64,000 bases of DNA from Candidatus Avispirillum sp. Its GTDB lineage: Bacteria > Bacillota > Clostridia > Oscillospirales > CAG-272. Position numbers and translations under genes: made by a program. The stretch covers positions 112,004-176,003 of the forward strand of contig JAZLKW010000062.1 of NCBI GenBank assembly GCA_045597805.1, given 5' to 3'. Position 1 is the first letter of the stretch; the number at the start of each line of letters is the position of its first letter. This document shows positions 53,601 through 61,061 of the stretch, piece by piece. The notes below the pieces were generated by a model. The model saw nothing but the letters and a program-made list of their open reading frames with translations, had not been told where the DNA came from and made no database searches.

Positions 53601-54755
53601 TTATTTCCTGACCAATGACAGCAATCTGCCTGCTATCTGCATTATTACGAATTTTAATTCCGATTTTATCACGTATGACAGAGGTGCGGGTGCCGCGTAT
53701 TTTTTCGCGATATCTGCGAAAGGTTCGCCGTTCTTAATCATTTCCATCACGTCTTCACTTTCGGGACGGCGGTTCGAGCTTTTATTAAGCGCTCCGTTGC
53801 CGCGGGATATATCGGAAACGGTACACTCTTTTTTCTGTATTCTGTCGCCGATGGCATCGAATGCCGCTCTGCCCTTTTCGCTTCTGACGATGACGGCGGA
53901 GATGCCTTTATCGTCGTTCATTTCGGGGGAAAGGCGGTTTATGCCCCAGAAGTCGCCGAGAGTTATATCCGAAAAATAGCTCCCGCCCTTGAAATTACAG
54001 TCAAAGCAGCATTCGCGCAGGGCGCAGTTTCCGAGAAAGATCCTCAGATACGGATCACGGTTTATGCCCTTCCTATAAGTGCCGCGTCCGTCCTCGACCT
54101 TCAGTGAGGAATGATGCCAGCCCTTGTCTTTGCTTCGCATACTGACGCTTTTTATATCGCTGAAATTTTCGTCAATATAGCTTTTCCACAATCTCGGTGT
54201 GGGGACTCCGTGGCATATGATATCCACCATAAGCAGGTTATCGTATTCTCTGCCCAGATATGATGAAAGTGCGGCGCACTGGCAGGGCGTTCCCGAAAAA
54301 AGGACCTTTCTGCCGCCGTCGAGCAGCTCCTTTATCTGCTTCCACACGTCCGCAGTCTCGCTTTGAACGTATTTTGAGCCTCTGAGCTTACAAAGGTCAT
54401 CGATTGCCGTGACAATTATATGTTCCGGCATGAAATCGGGACCGAACGCGCAGCCGCACACGGCGCCACCCGCATTCAGTACGTCCTCGGAAAGAAGCGA
54501 GAAAATGCCGCCCGAGGACGACTCAAGTCTTACGTCACGGTCTTTGTTATATGCCGCGAATGCGGATAAAACTTCTTTATTCGTTTTTTTGTTTTCCGGG
54601 CAGACCTTTTCGCATAGAGAACACTCTACACACTTTTCCGGGTCTATCACGGGACGTGTGAAGCCGTATTCGTCCTTTTTCGCACTTATGGCGCCTACCG
54701 GACAGACTGCCCCGCACGCCATACAGCCGCAGCAGCGGGAAGGAGAGCAGATCAT
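53601..54755 (-). CDS. FrhB-like (coenzyme F420 hydrogenase/dehydrogenase beta-subunit family) Fe-S protein
   Basis: Two ferredoxin-type cluster motifs (CCGCMACGAVCP and CVECSLCEKVCP) followed by an FrhB-like C-terminal domain. It is commonly paired with pyruvyl transferases in EPS loci. Confidence 0.65.
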   Translation of the reverse strand: MICSPSRCCGCMACGAVCPVGAISAKKDEYGFTRPVIDPEKCVECSLCEKVCPENKKTNKEVLSAFAAYNKDRDVRLESSSGGIFSLLSEDVLNAGGAVCGCAFGPDFMPEHIIVTAIDDLCKLRGSKYVQSETADVWKQIKELLDGGRKVLFSGTPCQCAALSSYLGREYDNLLMVDIICHGVPTPRLWKSYIDENFSDIKSVSMRSKDKGWHHSSLKVEDGRGTYRKGINRDPYLRIFLGNCALRECCFDCNFKGGSYFSDITLGDFWGINRLSPEMNDDKGISAVIVRSEKGRAAFDAIGDRIQKKECTVSDISRGNGALNKSSNRRPESEDVMEMIKNGEPFADIAKKYAAPAPLSYVIKSELKFVIMQIAGRLLSLVRK

Positions 54756-56278
54756 ATTTCTGACCTCCCGAAAAGCTTTCCCATATACTTTTTCACCATA
54801 CCCTTTTCATAGTCGTTCATAACTGAGAAATACGCAGTAGCGGTATACATCAGGACGTACAGAGAACCGAGGATGAAGAACTCGCCCATACCGGGGATCT
54901 TCAGCGTGAATTTCAGTATCACGGTCACGGCTATGGCGGGAACGAATTTCACAAACATCGTCCCGACTGTCTTCCAGTATGCCACCATATCTATGCCGAC
55001 GCGCTTCTGGTAATAGATATTTATTATGAGCACGTTTGCCACCAAGAGAGCTATCGCCGTACCTGCAGCACTGCCGGTACCGCCGAAGCGAATCGCCAGG
55101 GGAACGCTGATTATGACGTTTACTATCGCCATTCCCAGAGTGACCAGCGCTCTCGCGCGGAACAGGTTCTTTGCTTTCATGATACTTACGCCCACGCTCT
55201 GAGTGATCGGGATCGCGGACGACAAAATCAGGAACAAAGCTATATAATACGATTTTTCACACTCCGCGCCTACGTGCCATATGACGAACTTATGTCCGAA
55301 CATCACAAAACCGCTGATGAACAGGAACACCGTGAAAAACTGCAGTCTGCTGGTCTTCAGAAACTCCCCGGTCAGCGATCTGTCGTCCGAGCCAGTCGCC
55401 ACCATTTTCGAGATCTTCGGCAGCATTACGGACGAGAATACCGCGGAAAGCTGTATCGCCATCTGGTTATAGTTGGACGCCATGGAATACACCGTGACCT
55501 CCTCCGTACCCTTTACGATACCGAGGATCGCCTGATCCACGTACCAGTTCACCTTATCCACGACCTCTGCTATGAACACGAAGATGGAATAGGAAAAGAT
55601 CTCCGCGAATATGTACCTCTCGAAGCCGCAATACCTTACGGTGAGACCCAGCTTTTTCTTACAGTACACCGCATTCGTGACAAGACACGCTATATTTATG
55701 GCAGAGATGACTGACACCAGGACCACCGAATCCGCGCCGAGGCACAGAAGCGGGATCATTATTATGGGATTGAGTAATATACGTATTATGTTGATGATCT
55801 TCGCGAAAACGAAGTTCTCGTATGCGGTTATTATATTGCCGTAGATGCTCAGGACAAAAGTAAGGCTGACGTTTACCGTCAGTATGGAGAGAAGCACCTT
55901 GCCCTTTGCGATCTCGGCGGGAGTGAGGGCGAGAAAGATCTTTCCGGAATTCAGCGTTATGAGCGTCCCTGCGCCGAAAACGGCAACGCCGATAAAGCAG
56001 AATATGATGAAGAACATTCCGTGGAGCTTCTTCTCCTCATCGTATCTGCCTGCGGCATGATATTTTGACGTATATACCACGATGCCGTTGCCGAAGCCCA
56101 GGTCCATCACGTTCAGATAGTTTATGACGGAGGTAGCGAGCTGGTACAGACCGAACTCCGATTTTCCGAGAAATCTCAGCACGAGGGGCTGATAAACCAG
56201 GATTATCAGAGAGTTTATTATGATATATACGTACGACAGCAGGGCGCCTGCACGGCGCTGATTCACGTTACTTTGCAT
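54752..56278 (-). CDS. Oligosaccharide flippase (Wzx, MOP superfamily)
   Basis: 508 aa, about 14 TM helices, in an EPS-locus context. ATGA overlap with the downstream gene. Confidence 0.7.
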   Translation of the reverse strand: MQSNVNQRRAGALLSYVYIIINSLIILVYQPLVLRFLGKSEFGLYQLATSVINYLNVMDLGFGNGIVVYTSKYHAAGRYDEEKKLHGMFFIIFCFIGVAVFGAGTLITLNSGKIFLALTPAEIAKGKVLLSILTVNVSLTFVLSIYGNIITAYENFVFAKIINIIRILLNPIIMIPLLCLGADSVVLVSVISAINIACLVTNAVYCKKKLGLTVRYCGFERYIFAEIFSYSIFVFIAEVVDKVNWYVDQAILGIVKGTEEVTVYSMASNYNQMAIQLSAVFSSVMLPKISKMVATGSDDRSLTGEFLKTSRLQFFTVFLFISGFVMFGHKFVIWHVGAECEKSYYIALFLILSSAIPITQSVGVSIMKAKNLFRARALVTLGMAIVNVIISVPLAIRFGGTGSAAGTAIALLVANVLIINIYYQKRVGIDMVAYWKTVGTMFVKFVPAIAVTVILKFTLKIPGMGEFFILGSLYVLMYTATAYFSVMNDYEKGMVKKYMGKLFGRSEI

Positions 56279-57473
56279 CTTTTTCGAGAAGTGCTTCTAT
56301 CTCGTCGCCGACAGCACGTGCCTTGGCGATATACTCCGGCATAATGGACTTCAAGTGCGCTCTGTCGCTCTCTTCCCTTTCCGCAAGGGCTCTGAAAGCG
56401 TTTTTCAGAGAATCCTCCGATTTCAGGCTCTGTACGGGAAGAACGTAGCCTTCGTCCGTTCCGAACAGGTCTTTTGCTATTCCCTTCGCCTTTACGGAGT
56501 AGCCCACCACCAGTGTGGGGACGCAGTTGGAGTATGCCGCGATGGAAGCGTGTGTTCTTGCCGCCACGAAGAAGCGGCATTTTGATATCTTTCCTTTAAG
56601 TTCAATGGCGTTTCCACGGTCAAAAAGCTTTATCCTTTCTTCTCCCGGGAAGTACGTCATCAGTTTATTTGCTGAATCGCTGTCATCTGTGGTCTGGCAT
56701 CTGACGTGAGATATGAGCGCAATATTGAAATCGGTGTCCGCAAGTATCATACGGACCAGCTCGATATAGTTTCTGAGCATTATGCTGTCGCCCTGCTCGA
56801 ACATCTGCGCCAGGGGGCTTATATTGATACCGACTATGTCGCGGTCGTTATCGAACATAGGCTCCGTCACCTCGCCGGTGGGAAGAGTGAACGCGGGATC
56901 GGGATAATACTTGACATTTTCAAATCCCAGGCCTTTCAGCGTCTCGTACGTTATGGTCTCGCGGGCGGTAATGAGGTCAAACTTTTTGAGCCCCTCAATT
57001 TTCTTTTTATGAGCTTTCGGGTCGAGCAGCTCGGGATTTATGGAGCAGCCCCATAGAACTGACTTTTTGCAATGGCGTCTTACGTTCCTGTCCACTGTCG
57101 TCAGTGTTGCGCTCTTTCCGTAGGAATAGGTATCTCCTCCGACGGAAATGGCTAAGTCCGCAACCTTTGCCGCCTTTACCGTTTCTTTGAAGAACGCGCC
57201 GAAAAAGGGCATTCCGCCCAGAACGGTGCATACGGAACCCGTTATCAGCCTTCTTTTTTCGAAGGACAGCTTGCAGAACACGTCGGACAGAACGAATTTA
57301 TATCTTCCGCCCTCCGTGTCTATATACTGCTCGTCCTCTTTAGGCTTTACCGAGGACACTATGTATTCCGCATCCGGATACTTTTCGCTGATAATACCGC
57401 TGATGGATCTGACTATGGCCTCACAGCCGTGATTGTAGCTCGTTCCGTGATTGTACAGGAGTACTCTCTTCAT
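56268..57473 (-). CDS. Polysaccharide pyruvyl transferase family protein
   Basis: The N-terminus MKRVLLYNHGTSYNHGCEAIV is typical of the family. The start at ATG 57473 follows AAAGGA. Confidence 0.7.
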   Translation of the reverse strand: MKRVLLYNHGTSYNHGCEAIVRSISGIISEKYPDAEYIVSSVKPKEDEQYIDTEGGRYKFVLSDVFCKLSFEKRRLITGSVCTVLGGMPFFGAFFKETVKAAKVADLAISVGGDTYSYGKSATLTTVDRNVRRHCKKSVLWGCSINPELLDPKAHKKKIEGLKKFDLITARETITYETLKGLGFENVKYYPDPAFTLPTGEVTEPMFDNDRDIVGINISPLAQMFEQGDSIMLRNYIELVRMILADTDFNIALISHVRCQTTDDSDSANKLMTYFPGEERIKLFDRGNAIELKGKISKCRFFVAARTHASIAAYSNCVPTLVVGYSVKAKGIAKDLFGTDEGYVLPVQSLKSEDSLKNAFRALAEREESDRAHLKSIMPEYIAKARAVGDEIEALLEKDAK

Positions 57474-58764
57474 TAGAATCGTTCCTTTCATCTTCTATAA
57501 GTAAAGCCATCATTACCGGCAGCACAAACAAACGCGCATTGAGAAGGTCGGGGATCAGGTTTGACGCCAGAAGTCCGAAAATTATGAACCAGAACTCCGT
57601 TTTGTTCTTCTTTCTTAATGACGAAAAAACGAAGTACATTCCGACAACGAACATAAGTACGCCGAATATCCAGCCGCCCATCACAAGCCAGCGCAGCATG
57701 GTATTATGCGGTACTATGCCGCCGACGAGAGATTGTATGTATTTGTTATCGTATCCCACGCCGAAGGGATTTTTCCACAGTACCTCAAGAGAGCTCCTGG
57801 CAATTTCTATTCTGCCGTTATCGTATATGAGAGTGGATATATTACTGATCGATCGTGTAAAGAACAGGTACAGGAACATGACTGCCATCATTGCCACAAC
57901 GATCAGCGACATGGTAAGCTTTTTGAACGTGCCCTTGTAATGGAGCAGGACGTAAAACACCAGCACTACGGCAAGAGTCACTATACTGGTGCGGCGCGTT
58001 GTTACGCCGATACCCGCCATCAGTATCACTGCCATGGTGATTATACCGAGCCAGTTTTTCTTATTCAGCTTTTCCAGAAGGTAGAACACCGCTCCGCCTA
58101 TCATAATGGTTGACGAGCTGCTGTCCTCCATCAGAAGCTTTGAGGACACCTGCGAACTGCCGAAATAGGTACGCACCTCATATCTGAACAGGTACAGACC
58201 AGCGTAATGCTGCAGTATATACTGCAGGAAGAGTAAGGCGCAGCTGAGGACCATATTGAATATGAAAGCGTCCGCCACGTATTTCCTTTTTTCGTATGGG
58301 ATCGTTCTGCGGAATATGAACGCCACAAAGGATACCACCAGGAAAAACGCTATTATCAGATACTCCTTTATACCTTCGCCAAAGGACTTGGAAATGATGA
58401 GCGGATACGGCAGAAAAATAAACAGGCTGACGAAGGATGCCAGTGCAAACGCGTTTACCCTTGTGTTTACGACCTTTCTTACATTGAACATGCAATACAC
58501 AAGGATCATCGCGCCTATGATATAAAACCACGTTATCTGCAGAGGAGAGCCCCAGTCACCCAGCACGTTATACCAGGATGCCTGCCACGTATGACAGAAC
58601 ATCATCATGCAGGCACACAAAAAATCGCCGCTCTTATTATAGCAGACACGGAAAAGCGCGCAGAACAAAACGAGTCCTGCGCTGAAAAACACTATTGACG
58701 GAAGATTGTTCTCGTAATCAAAAAGATGAAGAGCGAGAAACAGGAACGACAGAAAATATTCCAT
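57421..58764 (-). CDS. O-antigen/EPS polymerase-like (Wzy/O-antigen ligase family) membrane protein
   Basis: 447 aa, at least 10 TM helices, in an EPS-locus context. AAGGTG SD. Confidence 0.55.
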   Translation of the reverse strand: MEYFLSFLFLALHLFDYENNLPSIVFFSAGLVLFCALFRVCYNKSGDFLCACMMMFCHTWQASWYNVLGDWGSPLQITWFYIIGAMILVYCMFNVRKVVNTRVNAFALASFVSLFIFLPYPLIISKSFGEGIKEYLIIAFFLVVSFVAFIFRRTIPYEKRKYVADAFIFNMVLSCALLFLQYILQHYAGLYLFRYEVRTYFGSSQVSSKLLMEDSSSSTIMIGGAVFYLLEKLNKKNWLGIITMAVILMAGIGVTTRRTSIVTLAVVLVFYVLLHYKGTFKKLTMSLIVVAMMAVMFLYLFFTRSISNISTLIYDNGRIEIARSSLEVLWKNPFGVGYDNKYIQSLVGGIVPHNTMLRWLVMGGWIFGVLMFVVGMYFVFSSLRKKNKTEFWFIIFGLLASNLIPDLLNARLFVLPVMMALLIEDERNDSNEESTPVQSRNELQSRL

Positions 58765-58845
58765 GGTACACCTTAACGAATATGTCAGTTAATTATACTA
58801 TCAAAATGCACGATTGTCAACACGGAGCATTTCTTTGGGGTCTGG

Positions 58846-59877
58846 TCAGTTTTTTCCTTTTTCGTATGCGGCTACAACGCTGTCCATGTATGCCCGGATA
58901 TCTGTGAAGCGGCGCGACGACTCTTTCGCCATTTCGGATTTTCTCCGGTAACGGTCCTCATCGGTAAGAAGGCGCAGGACCTCATCCTTCATTTCGTCGG
59001 TGTCGCGGCACAGCTTTCCGTTTTCGTCGGAAATTATTCTGGTAAGCCCACCTGTGGGAAATGCTAAAAAGGGCAGGCCCAGGATCATCGCTTCCACCGC
59101 CACAAGACCGAAGCCTTCGCTGGACGACGTAAGGACTCCTATTTTCGAGTTATTCATGTATTTGTAGGGGTTCGGGTCGTAGCCGGCGAAAAAAATATTA
59201 TCAGAAACGCCCAGTTCTTTCGCGTACAGCTCCGTTTTTTCACGCTCGTCACCGTCCCCCACCATCACGGCTTTTATATCTTCTTTCTCTTTTTTTAGTT
59301 CAGAGACGAGATCGACGAAGCGCCACGGCTTTTTTATATCGGTCATTCTGCCCGTGAAGCACAGGTCATACCTTTCGGGGACGGGCTCCCCGGCAAGCCT
59401 TTTCACGCTGTCCGCGTCCACGAAATTATAGAGGACCTCTCCCTTTTCTTTCAGAAGTGTGCGGAATACGTACTCTTCTTTTATGCTGGGAGACACGCAG
59501 AAGACCCGTGACGCTTTCATGCATGAATACGCCAATCCCAGGCTGTTCGGGCAAACGGAGGCCATCCAGGGACAATTACAGTGCAGATGTGACACGAAGC
59601 GGGCTCCTGCAAGGGCAGCGATCATGCTCATATGGGGGTCATGGGCGTGGACTGCATCGGGCTTTATTTCTGAAATGAGTTTTTTTACCGCTGACACGCT
59701 GTGAGTGTCGCATGTCACAGTATTTATTCCCATTGCCGCCACTTGTTTTATCCCGTCGCCGTCGGGCGCGACATAGCAGCCCTCCCAGCCGGAGGGAAGA
59801 TTTTTTATGATATTAACCGCCACGGTCTCCGCGCCGGAGTAAATATCCGAATATATGAGGTGCAGTACTTTTTTCAT
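58846..59877 (-). CDS. Glycosyltransferase family 4 (GT-B)
   Basis: E-x7-E region EGFGLVAVEAM. Confidence 0.8.
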   Translation of the reverse strand: MKKVLHLIYSDIYSGAETVAVNIIKNLPSGWEGCYVAPDGDGIKQVAAMGINTVTCDTHSVSAVKKLISEIKPDAVHAHDPHMSMIAALAGARFVSHLHCNCPWMASVCPNSLGLAYSCMKASRVFCVSPSIKEEYVFRTLLKEKGEVLYNFVDADSVKRLAGEPVPERYDLCFTGRMTDIKKPWRFVDLVSELKKEKEDIKAVMVGDGDEREKTELYAKELGVSDNIFFAGYDPNPYKYMNNSKIGVLTSSSEGFGLVAVEAMILGLPFLAFPTGGLTRIISDENGKLCRDTDEMKDEVLRLLTDEDRYRRKSEMAKESSRRFTDIRAYMDSVVAAYEKGKN

Positions 59878-60977
59878 AAATTTTTAAGGCAATCGGAGTA
59901 ATAGTCTTCAAGCTCCCTGACGCAGATGTCCATGTTGAACGCGCTGTTTTGCATCTGCAGAAACGTCGCCGCACGGTCGCGCGTCAGATTTTTATCTATT
60001 TCGTATGCCCACACAAGTGGGTCATCTATGGGCAGGAAGGTCACGGCGTCCGTTATCTTACACTCCTTTGTGACCTTATCGGAGATGATCTGAGAAAGTC
60101 CGGCAGCCGACGCTTCCACGGACACCACGGGAAGTCCCTCGTACAGGGACGGAAGAAGAAATATATCGAAAGCGCTGTACATCTTAGAAGTATCGGGAAG
60201 GACTCCTATGAAATACACGGAGCCGTAGAGATTCTTTTTCTTTACGTACTCTCTGACCTCATTCATGGTAGGTCCCTCACCGACGAGGAGAAGCACGCTT
60301 TCATTATTGATCTTCTTATATTCCGCAAATATATCGATAAGAAACAGGTGGTTTTTCTGGGTCATGAATCTGCCTATATGACCCACCACCGTTTTATTTT
60401 CAATTTCAAGCTCACGGCGGATCTGTATTCTCGCAGACTCGTCGAATCTGAATCTTTCGATGTCTACGGCATTTCGGAACACAGTGACTTTTCCGCATTT
60501 GAATGCTTTATCGCCGTACATCCATCTGCCCGAAAGTTCCGAGCAGGCGCACCATTTGTTCGCAAGCCTCGGTGCGATGAGGCGCAGTACCTTTTTCAGG
60601 AGGTCACGTTTGAACTCATATTTCGATGAGGTCGAATGATTATGAAGTATTCTTACGGGAACGCCGCAGGTTTTTGCCGCCCACAGGGGGAGGACCGACA
60701 GCGTACTCGTATTACAATGTATTATTTTATAGTTCCCTTTTCTTATTATTACTCTGAGGGCTTTCAGATACTTACGGGGATGGGACATGGCAGGTATTTT
60801 GAAAGCGCGGGCGCCCATTTGTATGAGTTCCTCAGGCACATCTCTGTCCGAACGGTCTTCATAAACGATATCGTACTGGAATTTCGATTTATCGAGAGCG
60901 GAGTAATATGAAAACACTATGCTTTCGATACCTCCAGATCCGATCTTTCCCATTACACACAGTATACGTTCTGCCAT
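59874..60977 (-). CDS. Glycosyltransferase family 4 (GT-B)
   Basis: EGLPVVSVEASAAG block. ATG 60977 follows AAAGGA. ATGA overlap with the downstream GT gene. Confidence 0.8.
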   Translation of the reverse strand: MAERILCVMGKIGSGGIESIVFSYYSALDKSKFQYDIVYEDRSDRDVPEELIQMGARAFKIPAMSHPRKYLKALRVIIRKGNYKIIHCNTSTLSVLPLWAAKTCGVPVRILHNHSTSSKYEFKRDLLKKVLRLIAPRLANKWCACSELSGRWMYGDKAFKCGKVTVFRNAVDIERFRFDESARIQIRRELEIENKTVVGHIGRFMTQKNHLFLIDIFAEYKKINNESVLLLVGEGPTMNEVREYVKKKNLYGSVYFIGVLPDTSKMYSAFDIFLLPSLYEGLPVVSVEASAAGLSQIISDKVTKECKITDAVTFLPIDDPLVWAYEIDKNLTRDRAATFLQMQNSAFNMDICVRELEDYYSDCLKNL

Positions 60978-61000
60978 ATTCTTATCCTTTCTTACCAATA

Positions 61001-61029
61001 CACCCCGCCTTGCTCGGCAAGGCGGGGTG
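61001..61029 (-). terminator. GC-rich hairpin downstream of the scaffoldin-like gene (weak U-tract)
   Basis: 11-bp stem CACCCCGCCTT/AAGGCGGGGTG. Confidence 0.45.
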
Positions 61030-61061
61030 CGGGGTCAATTATTCAGCTATTGGTTTACTAT

